Below, one piece after another: positions 26,432 through 39,900 of a stretch of 64,000 nucleotides of DNA (its first letter is position 1; each line of letters begins with the position of its first letter). The DNA is from Eledone cirrhosa (Eukaryota), in NCBI GenBank assembly GCA_964016885.1, contig OZ024740.1:27218001-27282000 (forward strand), given 5' to 3'. The position numbers and the translations under genes are program-made. The notes beneath the pieces were generated by a model. It was not told where the DNA came from, searched no databases, and saw only the letters and a list, made by a program, of their open reading frames with translations.

Positions 26432-26603
26432 ATATATCTTATATGGTTGGGTTTTGCCTACCACAATGTTCAATCTGTCAAGCTTTTAAACGTAATGTTA
26501 TTACTCTAAGGACCTACCCTTATTGAGTTCGTTGCTACTCATTCCTAATTGTACGTCGGCCTTGCTTGGACACAGCCAAAGCTTCGATTTTACTAAGCTT
26601 CCA

Positions 26604-26735
<132 letters not shown>

Positions 26736-26785
26736 CACATACGTATATATATATATGTGTGTGTGTATATATATATATACATACA

Positions 26786-26839
<54 letters not shown>

Positions 26840-27047
26840 CGTATATATATATATATATATATACGTATATATATATATATGTATATATATACATAGATAT
26901 ATACAAATATATATATATATATAAATATATAAGAAAGTGTGGTAAGAAACCAGGTGGACCATAACGTACCAAAGTACTCGATACTTAGGATGGTTGAGTG
27001 GGTAATAAGAAAAGCGTCAGGACCTGGGATCCTGGCACTTTTCCTAT

Positions 27048-27190
<143 letters not shown>

Positions 27191-27239
27191 GAGAGAGCGA
27201 GCGAGACTGATAGAGAGAGAGAGAGAGAGAGAGAGCGAG

Positions 27240-27302
<63 letters not shown>

Positions 27303-28116
27303 GTGGGTGTATCAAACAGAATCATCATATCTTATTTACAACCCTTACAAATGTTCAATATGTAAATAACTTTATCAAAATTTATAGAAGTTATAAAACG
27401 AATAATAAAACTTTATATCCAAACATATATTATAGAAGTTACCTCATACGGTCATTTATGTAAAGTATATAGTCTTTTGAAATATGGCAGTTTTGATATA
27501 CACTGTATATATCAGAGCTTCTTCTTTCTTCTCTCCTTCTACGTCCTTTCTCTCTCTTCTTCGTCTTCTCTTCTCTCTTAACCCACCCGCCACTTTTAAT
27601 TTTCACTTCCGCTTGCTGCCACTTCCACTGCCCCAGGGCTTTTGCTATCCTTCCTAGCGGTGACTTGGTTCCGAGCAAATGCACTTTAATTCTCTCTATC
27701 TCTCTCGCTCTCTCTCGCTCTCTCTCTCTCTCTATCTCTCTCTTTCTCACTTTCTCTCTCTCCGTCAATTTAATCTGTGTTAGTTTTATCATGCAAACAT
27801 CATCCCACCAGAAATATTTATTTTTCTGTTGCTCGAGCCGACAATTTTATGTGGTCCTCTTAAATTAAATCGTGCGAAACCACAGCTCGTCTGAGAGCTG
27901 AAGAGGTGAAAAGACGTGTGTGTGTGTGATCTCATCTCCTTCATTTTGTTCTTTTACTTCTTTCTTCCTAGCCACTGATTTCTGTCCTTTGAGTTAACTT
28001 TTACCCGACCTTGTCATTGACGGCATTTAGCTGTATTAACTGCTATTCGTGCGTTGAGTTTTTCTCATTATTCTATTAATTCTAATACCCTCACGCCCAT
28101 CTTCGGTCTTAGGGAC

Positions 28117-28151
<35 letters not shown>

Positions 28152-28205
28152 AAAAGTAAATAACAACAAAAAGGAGTACAGTTACGAAAGGTGTTAGGTA
28201 TTAGG

Positions 28206-28326
<121 letters not shown>

Positions 28327-28698
28327 CAAAATATAACTACGTTGAAAAACTATGATTTTGTAATATCTATAATTTCCGTCAGTGTATTATACTTGTCCAA
28401 GCAAATAGAACCGGTTACATAACAACTCTGTGCAGCACACCTAGTTATATGCCAGAAGTCGCAGTTCACTTCTCAATAAAACTTGTTATATGCTTGTTAT
28501 ATAAAACAAAAATTGTTGTGTTGTATTTACAAATGAATTATGATTTTCTGGAATTGGAAAACAACAACAAAAAAAACGATTGTTTATTATGTTCGTTATT
28601 TATGATATTGTTGTTGTTGCTATTGTTGTTGTTGTTGTTAATCGTTATTATTATTCCTATTACTGTTAATACCGTACTGTTATTACCGTTATTGTTAC

Positions 28699-28756
<58 letters not shown>

Positions 28757-28963
28757 GGCGACCTACGTAGTAAATCGTATCATCGTGAGCTCCGCACAGG
28801 TTTGTTATTTCCGTTTGTTAAAAATTGCCATTTATGGAAAATTTTATTGTTAACTGTTTATAAGCACACATACATTGTTTTCCGAAAAGGACACCCAAAA
28901 AGATTGGGGCCTTGTGCCCAAAATTTTAACTTTTATTATTATCCAAAAATTTCTTTGAATAAA

Positions 28964-30953
28964 ATGGCTAATTCCCCTCTGCACGAAGCAGCTGAAAGCC
29001 TTCCTCACAAAATAACACCTCACCCCGACACCACCATTGTAAATGTTACTACGTTTGCCAACACAAAAAAAAATATAAGCAGTAGCAATATTTTAAATTT
29101 GTCTCAGGCAGACATTCATTTCCCGCCATTACCAATGACTGCAGGTATTAAAGCCTCCACCACCACCACCGCGACAACCACCACCCCCACCACCACCGCG
29201 ACAACAGAAACAAAAGAAGAAAAAAATAAATTAACTCGTGATGTCGAAATGAAATTAAGCAAAATGGACTCTTCCGCACCAAAGACGACTGACGTCACCA
29301 CCACCACAACTGAAACTAAAATTAATATTAACACAAATAACGATAGCAACAACAACAACAATGACATTATAAAAACCACCCTCAGTTTCGCCATAGTGGC
29401 AAAACAATTCGAAGCATTCACGGTAACTCAAGAGGATTTAGAAAATGCCAAACAAATGGTAAAGAAAGATGGGTACAGGGTCAGCCCCCCCCTCGCCTAA
29501 TAAAATGGAGCATCGGCGCCTATGCACCGTGTCGTATAGAACAATAAATATAAAATCGCGCCGAGTGGAACGGGCATCCGTGTCCCAAATCCAAAAAGCT
29601 TTGGGACATGTGTGGGCAAGAAAAACCCACATCAGACGTGGGCAAAAGTATGGAACCGTGGATGTGTTCTTTGAAACACCAGAGGAGGCTAGAGAACACT
29701 CCATGGCCCCATTAAAATGTGACGACTTCACACTCGTCCCAAGCTATTGTGGCCAGAGACTCGTAAAGATCAGGGTGACCCACGTTCCACCGGCCATCGA
29801 AATTCCCTGGCTAATAGCGGCTGTCCTCGCCGGCATCGAAGCCAAAACGAAAATAATACCAATAGCAAAAGAAAAGCAGGAAAACTGGTCCGGATCTGGG
29901 ATGGAGCTCCTAATCCAAGCGGACCAAAAAAGCATTGAGGAGATCCCAGAGGTAATAGACCTCACTGACGGCAGCCACCTCACGGTAATTGTCGAGGGCA
30001 GAAGACCTAGGTGTGTCGTTTGTGGTGAAGGAACCCACCTAAGGGCTTTCTGCCCTCAGGCTAAAATGTTGAGGCCACTTCTCCTACCCACCCCAGTGAC
30101 ACAACCATCAACACCACCAGTAGTAGAGATGGCAGCAACAACTGTAGCAGCAACAACAGAAGCAACTATAACAGCAACAACCCCAGCAACAGTAGCAAAA
30201 CCAACACCACTACCACCACCAGCAAAACCAACACCACCACCACCCAACGTTTCAGAACTAGCACCAGCGCCTACACCATCCACCACACCACAACCAAAAC
30301 TAACGGCTGTGGAGGATTTTCCACTCCCCGGCCTATCACAAGTGGAGACAGATTGTGACGACGAGGAGTGGGAAACGATATCCGGAAAAAAAAAAAGAAA
30401 GCAAAAAAGAAAAAATTTTCTTCCTTCCCCCTCCAAAAACAAAATACAGAGGGAAACAAATAAACTAAGAAACAAAAAAGTTAGGACAGATAAGCCACCA
30501 TCCACACCAGCATCACCAATCCCATCAACCCAAACACCAACACCATCACCATCATTAACTCCAACACCACCATCACCTACACCACAAAAGTCACCAAAAT
30601 GCGAAACAGAAACAAACCCACAACAAACGCAAACAAAACAAAACAACCAAAACGATACACGCTACACAGCATTAAATTTGAACAACAAGCAATTATTACA
30701 CTACATCCAACACAACACCAGCATCACAGAAAAAGACTACACAACAACCCCAAAATTTACACCACCTCCACACATACAAATCACTCGCATCACACAGAAA
30801 ACGTACATGACACTAAAACAAAAATTCCCCAAAGACATCGGAGACTTCCGACAAGCACTCTCCAGGAGGATTTATAAGGACATCCTTCCTGAGGAGGCCA
30901 CAAGTAGTGAAAAGGATGGAAAAACCGTCCTTCCCCTACGAGAAGTAAGGTAA
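28964..30953 (+). pseudogene. LINE ORF1p (RRM-like region + CCHC zinc knuckle), frameshifted in a C-run near 29490
   Basis: ORFs 28802-29500 and 29469-30953 together align to ORF1 of copy 2. Knuckle reads CVVCGEGTHLRAFC. Confidence 0.8.
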
Positions 30954-30987
30954 GTGGTCTTTCCCATCTTTTCCACTCCTTTTCAAC

Positions 30988-33900
30988 ATGACCTCACTCA
31001 GAATAGGCAGCATAAATGCGCGTGGCTTGGGGTCGTCATGGAAGCAGGGCCACCTGCTCAATGACCTCAGGTCACTAAACATAGATGTAGTGGCCATCAG
31101 CGAGACCAGAATCTCCGAAGCACAGGCTTTCGCACCGATCTTCGGCGGCTACGATGTGTACGCATCTCCCAGCCGTCCGGGATCGGGGGGAGGAGTTGCT
31201 GTGCTTTTTCGGAGAGGTTTGGATCTTGCCATACGGGCCATCTTCCTGGACCCAGAAGGTAAGTTGGTGGTGCTGGACGTGACCAGCGGAGACGGGCAAG
31301 CTTTCAGGTTAGTGGCCGTCTATGCCCCGACAGGAGCAGGGCGGCCTGATTTCTTCCGGCGTCTGGAGACTTTTCTTGGAACATCCCGCTCATTAGTGTT
31401 AGTGGGCGACTGGAACGGGATCTTAGATGCACGCTGGGATTGTGTGTGATTAGTGGATAGGGAAGGAGGGTGCAAGAGTCTCACCAACCTGCTCAGACGT
31501 TTTGAACTGTCTGACAGGTACCGAATGGATTTCCCGAATGTACCAATGTGGACTTGGACAAATCGCTTAGGGTCTTCCAGATCATATCTAGATAGAGTAT
31601 TTTGTAGGGAAATAGATAAGTCTAGCATAGGCTGTCCACAATTCAAGATAGTCAGCTACACGGACCACAAATTCGTGATCTGTGTGCTTGACTTAGATAG
31701 GCTTCATAGACGAGGACCCGGCTACTGGAAGCTAAACGCATCCTCACCAGCGCGCAAGGCCTACAGAGACCGGATTAGCGAACTAGTTAAGCGGGCGCTG
31801 ACGGGGGCCATCGTCAACAACAAGTGGTGGTTTGCTCTGAAAAGAGCAATTAGAATAGAGTCCATTAGGTTTAGTAAGACTTTAGCAATAGAGAAAAATA
31901 GAGCAGAGGGAGAACTAGTTAGAAAATTAGATGAGGCGCTTAGCAAAGGCATCGCGACCGACGTGCTTGCGGCGAAATTGGCCCTTGACCAATTCTTCAA
32001 TGCAAAGCACGAAGGCTGCGTTGTCAGAGCTAGGGTGCGTGCTCTCAGACACGAGGGGACGAAAGCCGTTCAATGGGCCCGAGTGGCGGAGGCGCGTCGT
32101 GGCAACAAATCCACGATCCAGTCTTTGGTGGACCACAACGGTCGCATGCTACTCGATCCCGGGCAAATGTGTGAAGCTTTTCAGCGACACTTCTCTCAAA
32201 TGTTCGGGGGCAGTGGCGGGCCGGATCGAGGGATGGACTTTAGTGTCTACCTCGACGGGCTGCCGCGGCTTTCGGCCACTGAGGCGGAGTGTTGCGAAAA
32301 GCCGATAACAACCGCTGAAGTACGGGATGCAATGACTAGTTGCACAAGGGGTAAATCGCCTGGTTTGGATGGTCTGCCCTATGAACTTTACGTACAAATG
32401 CCAAACTTGTTCGGAGGCCTCTTGGCGGACGTCTACTGCAACTGGCAACAGAACGGGAGAATTCCCAGCTCTGTGAGCCGAGGAGCGGTGGCGCTGCTGA
32501 GAAAGGATCCGAACAAGGGGGATAACATAGATAATTTTAGGCCTATAACTCTGCTAAACACAGAGTTCAAGATTTTGGCCAAGGTGCTAGCAAAGAGGTT
32601 GGCGCTTGTCGTTGGTGGCCTGGTGGGAGAGGCACAGACATGCGCCATTCCCGACAGATCCATCCACGACAACCTCCACCTCATGCGATACATCGTAGAG
32701 AGGGTAGCTAGGGAACCTGGCACGGGTGGGTCTTTTATCAATTTAGATCAGTCGAAAGCCTTCGATAGGTTCGACCATCGTTACCTAGCGGCAGTCCTGA
32801 GGGCGGCTGGCTTTGGGCCCGTCTTCAGAGGCTGGATCGCTGCCATGCACAGCGACATCTGCTCTGTAGTGAGAGTGAACGGTCACCTTTCGGAACCGTT
32901 CAACATCATATGCTCGGTCCGCCAAGGATGTCCCCTCTCGTCCCTATTGTACGTATTGACTCTCGAGCCATTACTGCACAAACTGGAGACGTTGAGGGGG
33001 ATCCCGCGCGAACTAGGATGCGGGAGATCCGTGTCAGCATATGCCGACGATGTCACCGTAGTGGTGTCGAACGCCAAACACATCGAGGCGATCGGCACTA
33101 CACTAAGAGAATACGAAGCGGTGACAGGAGCAATGATCAACCAGGAAAAGTCAGTGGGCCTGCAGCTCGGCACCTGGAGAGGCAGGTCCATGCCGTCCAA
33201 CAGCGTCGTCGGGCGCTGGACGGACGGACCGGTTAAATTGTTAGGGGTTTGTTTCGGTCCAGACCTCCAGACGGACAAAAACTGGGACGAGGTGACGAGC
33301 AGGGTGGCTTCTCTCACCCAGAAATGGGCCGAGAGGAAGCTATCCCTGAAAGGTCGAGCGGAGGTGGCTAACGCGTACATCGCATCCGTCATCTACTACC
33401 GCCTGACCGTCGTACCTTGTCCTAAGCCCCGCCTGACTGCGCTGGAGCGTTTGCTCTTTCACTTTTTGTGGAAGGGACGCGCTCCGATGGTCAGGCGGTC
33501 CATCTGCTGTCAACACCCGCTACGTGGAGGGCTAGGCATGCCGTGGCTGATGATGCGCAGACACGCGCTCAGGCTACGACATCTCCACCACTTCCTCGAC
33601 GGTGATCAGGTGTGGTCGCCGTTTGCTAGACACGTATTTCCCCAGCTCGTCTCCTTGACGGAGCTGCAGTCCTGGGTCAAGCGAAGACCGAGAGGGAGCG
33701 CTTGGAGACTGGAATGTCTTCAGGCGCTCACAGCCCTCGACCAATCGGGCAATGTGATCGGTGGAAACTCCACCTTGGCGTTCTATAGGGGATTAGTGGA
33801 GGGGAAGAGCGACGACGTACTTGGAGAAACTCTAGGCGTCGACGAAAATCAACTAGCCAATCTCTTCGGAAGGACTTTCGGGCCGGGGCCTATGGACAAC

Positions 33901-34405
33901 CTCCAGAAATCCCTGGCCTGGCAGTGCTACCGAGGAGCTTTGCCAGTTCGGGATAAACTCTACAGGCATGAAGGTGCCGTCAGCCGGGCATGTCCGAGAT
34001 GCGCGCAGGGCGACGAAACCGTCCTGCACGCACTCGTCCAGTGTCCGAGCATTGCTGACTTGTGGGTTTATGTCGAACACCTGCTGTCACGTGTAGGACG
34101 GATCCAGCTATCAGCTGAGTCCATCGTGAGGATTGCCCCGCCCCCTTCCTTTAGCCGGGAAGGGCAGGCAGTTTTTATGTCTGGTGGCCATGGTGAAAGA
34201 GATAGTATGGTGGACACGTTTGAAAGGGCTGAAGACGAGCACTTACCTCCTCGGTGATGCCCTGATTAACTTTTTCAAATTTCATTTGAAAAGGAAAATC
34301 AGGGTAGAGAGGGAAGTGCTCTCTTCCCAGCATTTTGTTGAAAGATGGGTGAGAGAAGCAAGTATGGCCCGAATGAATGGGCCTTCTCTGAGTATGTGTC
34401 TGTAA
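30988..34405 (+). pseudogene. LINE ORF2p (APE endonuclease-RT-Cys/His finger) with a premature stop and a frameshift
   Basis: GGA>TGA at 31447-31449 and a 2-nt deletion near 34178, both relative to intact copy 2. Confidence 0.9.
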
Positions 34406-34627
34406 ATTAAAGGTGGAAAACTGGGAGAGGGCACTGTGGTCTTTTAATGGGCTTTCTCCACAAATGTCCCTCGGAAGTCTCCCCCCTATATTGGGGAATT
34501 TTTCTTTGTTATTTTATTTCAACCTCTGTTTTTTTACACGCAGAAATGCCCATTTGTACCGTCCTGTATTGTCCTGTACTGTCCTTAATGTCTACTTTAT
34601 GTGAACCCTTGTGGTTAATAAAGAAAA

Positions 34628-34658
<31 letters not shown>

Positions 34659-34873
34659 GAATGCCATGGTTGACGGAGGCTCGGCTCTGTAAGGTATAGT
34701 AATTTTTAACCGTTAAAACAATTGTAAATTGTTTAAAACTTGAACCAAATTGTTGATAAAGACACCCTCCTCCTCGTGAGAGGGATCTTTCTGTCCGTTA
34801 TTTGGCCCTTCGGGGTTAAATAACCAGTTATTGGGGTTTTGTACCCAAAATTTCATTTTAAACAAAAAACAAC

Positions 34874-36943
34874 ATGGCTACGAAAAAGAAATTTCATACG
34901 TCACTCCCACTCATTCCGTCTTCTTCTTCCTCAATCATCACTACAGCAGAGAGAAGATTGTCTCTCTCCCTCCCTTCTCTTTCGCAAGTGACGAGAGAAA
35001 AGAAAAGTCTCGTGCAAAGCGTGCAAGGTTTCTCCACGACGACGACGACAGCGACGAAACAGGTGTGCGGGAAATACGAAAACCCAGTTCATTCGTCTGA
35101 CGTCAGGAATATTAGCAGTAGCAGCCGTAATAACAACAGCAACAGGGACAATGAAAACAACAGTAGCAGCCGCAACAGCATCACCAGCAGCATAAACAAC
35201 AACAGCATTAGCAGCAGCAACACCAACAACAACCACAGCAACAGCGGCGGAGGCAGTAGTCGTAGTACCTGCAGCAACAACAAAAGTACCAGCAGCTCTG
35301 ACGACAACAACAACAGCAGAGAAAAACCAATCTCATTTGCAGGTATTGCGAAAAACTTGGAAACAATCCTCATATTAAATGAGGAATTAGAGGAAGCGAA
35401 GAAGATGGTGACAAAGAACGGACACCGAGCAATCTGCAAGGCAGCGGAAAAATTTTTCGAAACCCAAGAGCACTGTACGGTCACGTACCGTACAGTAAGT
35501 ACAAAATCCCGTAGGGTGGAAAGAGCCACAGAGGCCCAAATACAAAAAGCCTTGGGGTCTGTGTGGCAGCGGAAAACGCACATCACCCGAGGCAAAAAAT
35601 ATGCCACCGTAGACGTACTTTTTGCCACACCCCAGGAGGCAAAGGCCCAATCAGTAGTGACCCTAAGGAGCGAGGAAATGGCGTTGGTGCCCTCCTACTG
35701 CGGGCAAAAAATTGTGAGGGTGAAACTGACCCACGTCCCCCTCGGAATGACCCCTTCTTGGCTGGCCGCGTCTGTCCTCGTCGGAATCGAGGACAAAACA
35801 ACTGTACTGCAAGTACAGAAAAAAGTAAGAGAAGATTGGGTCGGCTCCTCCATTGAGATGCTAATCCAAACCAACCAGGAGTGCATCGAAGCTATCCCGG
35901 ATGTGATAGACTTCGATAACGGCACTCAACTGCCCATAAGTGTTGAGGGCAAACGCCCGAAATGCTTTCGCTGTGGATCGAAGACTCACCTCAGGGCCTT
36001 CTGCAACGAGAAGACCCTGAGAAAGGAGAAAACCCCCCTCCTTCCGAATCCGGCTCCACGGCTACCAGCAACAGGACAGGCGGCAACCAGGAACGATAGG
36101 TCCGTGGCACCCATACCCACTCCACGGAAATCAAAAACAGCAGCAGCAGTGGAAATATTAACAACAACAACAGCTATACCAAATGCAGCTGCAACAGAGA
36201 CTCCAGTGCAAACATCACCAACAACAACAAGTGAAAGAGTGGAGCTGGTACCCCTCCCCGACCTCACAGAATCAGACATGGAGTGTGAGGTGGGAGAAGG
36301 ATGGCAAAAGGTCGCAAGAAGGTACAAACGCAGAAGCAGCGCATCGTGGCCTTTGAAAAGGGAGGAAAGAAATGAGAAAAGGGTAAAGTCTACTGCAAAG
36401 AGACCCACAGCAGCAACACCACCAACACCATCACCACCCACACCAGCACCACCATCACCACCGGCGACAACCCCACCGCCAACAACACCTTCAACACCAC
36501 CACCACAAGCACCAACATCGCAAACACAACAACAAAACACACACACCCAGCAACAACGACAAGAAAATAGCAGAACCACACCCCACCCCCAGAAAAACAA
36601 ATGCACGGCAATAAACACACACAACAAGAAACTAATGACTTACATAATTGAACACACAGACATTTCACAACAGGACTACATAATACCAGCACCAATCAAA
36701 ACGCCAACTAACATAAGACTGCTAAAAATAGCACAGAAACAATACACAAACATTAAAACGAAATTCCCCAACGCAGTTGGTGATTTCAGGGACCTAGGAG
36801 GAACCATCAATCGAAGAGTATATTCAGACATTCTCTTAGAAGAGCCGACGACCAGCCGAAGGGACGATTCAACGGTCCCTTCACCAGACGATCAAGTGAA
36901 AAGGGATGTAAAAACCATCCCTCCTCTACCAAAAGTACGGTAA
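34874..36943 (+). CDS. LINE ORF1p nucleic-acid-binding protein (RRM-like region, CCHC knuckle, Pro/Thr-rich linker)
   Basis: 689 aa with CFRCGSKTHLRAFC, directly upstream of ORF2. Confidence 0.85.
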   Translation: MATKKKFHTSLPLIPSSSSSIITTAERRLSLSLPSLSQVTREKKSLVQSVQGFSTTTTTATKQVCGKYENPVHSSDVRNISSSSRNNNSNRDNENNSSSRNSITSSINNNSISSSNTNNNHSNSGGGSSRSTCSNNKSTSSSDDNNNSREKPISFAGIAKNLETILILNEELEEAKKMVTKNGHRAICKAAEKFFETQEHCTVTYRTVSTKSRRVERATEAQIQKALGSVWQRKTHITRGKKYATVDVLFATPQEAKAQSVVTLRSEEMALVPSYCGQKIVRVKLTHVPLGMTPSWLAASVLVGIEDKTTVLQVQKKVREDWVGSSIEMLIQTNQECIEAIPDVIDFDNGTQLPISVEGKRPKCFRCGSKTHLRAFCNEKTLRKEKTPLLPNPAPRLPATGQAATRNDRSVAPIPTPRKSKTAAAVEILTTTTAIPNAAATETPVQTSPTTTSERVELVPLPDLTESDMECEVGEGWQKVARRYKRRSSASWPLKREERNEKRVKSTAKRPTAATPPTPSPPTPAPPSPPATTPPPTTPSTPPPQAPTSQTQQQNTHTQQQRQENSRTTPHPQKNKCTAINTHNKKLMTYIIEHTDISQQDYIIPAPIKTPTNIRLLKIAQKQYTNIKTKFPNAVGDFRDLGGTINRRVYSDILLEEPTTSRRDDSTVPSPDDQVKRDVKTIPPLPKVR

Positions 36944-36978
36944 GTGGTCTTTCCCATCTTTACCACTCTATTTTAAAC

Positions 36979-39900
36979 ATGACCTCACTCAGAATAGGCA
37001 GCATAAATGCGCGTGGCTTGGGGTCGTCATGGAAGCAGGGTCACCTGCTCAACGACCTCAGGTCACTAAACATAGATGTAGTGGCCATCAGCGAGACCAG
37101 AATCTCCGAAGCACGGGCCTTCGCACCGATCTTCGGCGGCTACGATGTGTACGCATCTCCCAGCCGTCCTGGATCCGGTGGAGGAGTTGCTGTGCTTTTT
37201 CGGAGAGGTTTGGATCTCGCCATACGGGCCATCTTCCTGGACCCAGAGGGTAAGCTGGTGGTGCTGGACGTGACCAGCGGAGACGGGCAAGCTTTCAGGC
37301 TAGTGGCCGTCTATGCCCCGACAGGAGCAGGGCGGCCTGATTTCTTCCGGCGTCTGGAGACCTTTCTTGGAACGTCCCGCTCTTTAGTGTTAGTGGGCGA
37401 CTGGAACGGGATCTTAGATGCACGCTGGGACTGTGTGGGATTAGCGGATAGGGGTGGAAGGTGCAAGAGCCTCACCAACCTGCTCAGGCGTTTTGAACTG
37501 TCTGACAGGTACCGATTGGATTTCCCGAATGTGCCAATGTGGACTTGGACAAACCGCATAGGGTCATCCAGATCATATCTAGATAGAGTATTTTGTAGGG
37601 AAATAGATAGGTCTAGCATAGGCTGTCCACAATTCAAGATAGTCAGCTACACGGACCACAAATTCGTGATCTGTGTGCTTGATTTAGATAGGCTTCATAG
37701 ACGAGGACCCGGCTACTGGAATCTAAACGCGTCCTTACCAGCGCGCAAGGCCTACAGAGACCGGATTAGCGAACTAGTTAAGCGGGCGTTGACGGGGGCC
37801 ATCGTCAACAACAAGTGGTGGTTTGCTCTGAAAAGAGCGATTAGAATAGAATCGATTAGGTTTAGTAAGGCTTTAGCAATAGAGAAAAATAGAGCAGAGG
37901 GAGAACTAGTTAGAAAATTAGACGAGGCGCTTAGCAAAGGCATTGCGACCGACGTGCTTGCGGCGAAATTGGCCCTTGACCAATTCTTCAATGCAAAGCA
38001 CGAAGGCTGCGTTGTCAGAGGAAGGGTGCGTGCTCTCAGACACGAGGGGACGAAAGCCGTTCAATGGGCCCGAGTGGCGGAGGCGCGTCGTGGCAATAAA
38101 GCCACGATCCGGTCTTTGGTGGACCACGACGGGCGCATGCTACTCGATCCCGGGCAAATGTGTGAAGCTTTTCAGCGACACTTCGCTCAGCTGTTCGGGG
38201 GCAGCGGTGGGCCGGGTAGAGGGATGGACTTTAGTGTCTACCTCGACGGACTGCCGCGGCTCTCGGCCACTGAGGCGAAGTGTTGCGAGAAGCCGATAAC
38301 AGCCGCTGAAGTAAGGGAGGCAATGACTGGCTGCACAAGGGGTAAATCGCCTGGTTTGGATGGTCTGCCCTATGAACTTTACGTACAGATGCCAGACTTG
38401 TTCGGAGGCCTCTTGGCGGACGTCTACTGCAACTGGCAACAGAACGGGAGAATTCCCAGTTCTGTGAGCCGAGGAGCGGTGGCACTGCTGAGAAAGGATC
38501 CGAACAAGGGGGATAACATAGACAATTTCCGGCCCATAACTCTGCTAAACACAGAGTTTAAGATTTTGGCCAAGGTGCTAGCAAAGAGGTTGGCGCTTGT
38601 CGTTGGTGGTCTGGTGGGAGAGGCGCAGACATGCGCCATTCCCGACAGATCCATCCACGACAACCTCCACCTCATGCGATACATCGTAGAGAGGGTAGCT
38701 AGGGAACCTGGCACGGGTGGGTCCTTGATCAATTTAGATCAGTCGAAAGCTTTCGATAGGGTCGACCATCGTTACCTAGCGGCAGTCCTGAGGGCGGCTG
38801 GCTTTGGGCCCGTCTTCAGAGGCTGGATCGCTGCCATGCACAGCGACATCTGCTCTGTGGTGAGAGTGAACGGTCACCTGTCGGAACCGTTCAACATCAT
38901 GCGCTCGGTCCGCCAAGGATGTCCCCTCTCGTCCCTCTTGTACGTATTGACTCTCGAGCCATTACTGCACAAACTGGAGACGTTGAGGGGGGTCCCGCGC
39001 GAACTAGGATGCGGAAGATCCGTATCAGCATATGCGGACGATGTCACCGTAGTGGTGTCGAACGCCAAACACATCGAGGCGATCGGCACTACACTAAGAG
39101 AATACGAAGCGGTGACAGGAGCAATGATCAACCAGGAAAAGTCAGTGGGCCTGCAGCTCGGCACCTGGAGAGGCAGGTCCATGCCGTCCAACAGCGTCGT
39201 CGGACGCTGGACGGACGGACCGGTTAAATTGCTAGGGGTCTGGTTCGGTCCGGACCTCCAGACGGACAAAAACTGGGACGAGGTGACGAGCAGGGTGGCT
39301 TCTCTCACCCAGAAATGGGCGGAGAGGAAGCTATCCCTGAAAGGTCGAGCGGAGGTGGCTAACGCGTACATCGCGTCTGTCATCTGCTACCGCCTAACCG
39401 TCGTACCTTGTCCTAAGCCTCGCCTGACTGCGCTGGAGCGTTTGCTCTTTCGCTTTTTGTGGAAGGGACGTGCTCCGATGGTCAGGCGGTCCATCTGTTG
39501 TCAACACCCGCTACGTGGAGGGCTGGGCATGCCGTGGCTGATGATGCGCAGGCACGCGCTCAGGCTACGACATCTCCACCTCTTCCTCGACGGTGATCAG
39601 GTGTGGTCGCCGTTTGCTAGACGCGTTTTTCCCCAGCTCGTTTCCTTGACGGAGCTGCAGTCCTGGGTCAAGCGAAGACCGAGAGGGAGCGCCTGGAGAC
39701 TGGAATGTCTTCAGGCGCTCACAGCCCTCGACCAATCGGGCAATGTGATCGGTGGAAACTCCACCTCGGCGTTCTATAGAGGATTAGTGGAGGGGAAGAG
39801 CGACGACGTACTTGGGGAAACTCTAGGCGTCGACGAAAATCAACTAGCCAATCTCTTCGGAAGAACTTTCGGGCCAGGGCCTATGGACAACTTCCAGAAA

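Larger units (their letters stand above)
28757..34658 (+). mobile_element. Full-length Tx1-clade (L1 group) LINE, copy 1, disrupted
   Basis: Starts immediately after (TTA)n. Has 5'UTR, ORF1, ORF2, and a 3'UTR with AATAAA followed by (ATT)n. Confidence 0.9.
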
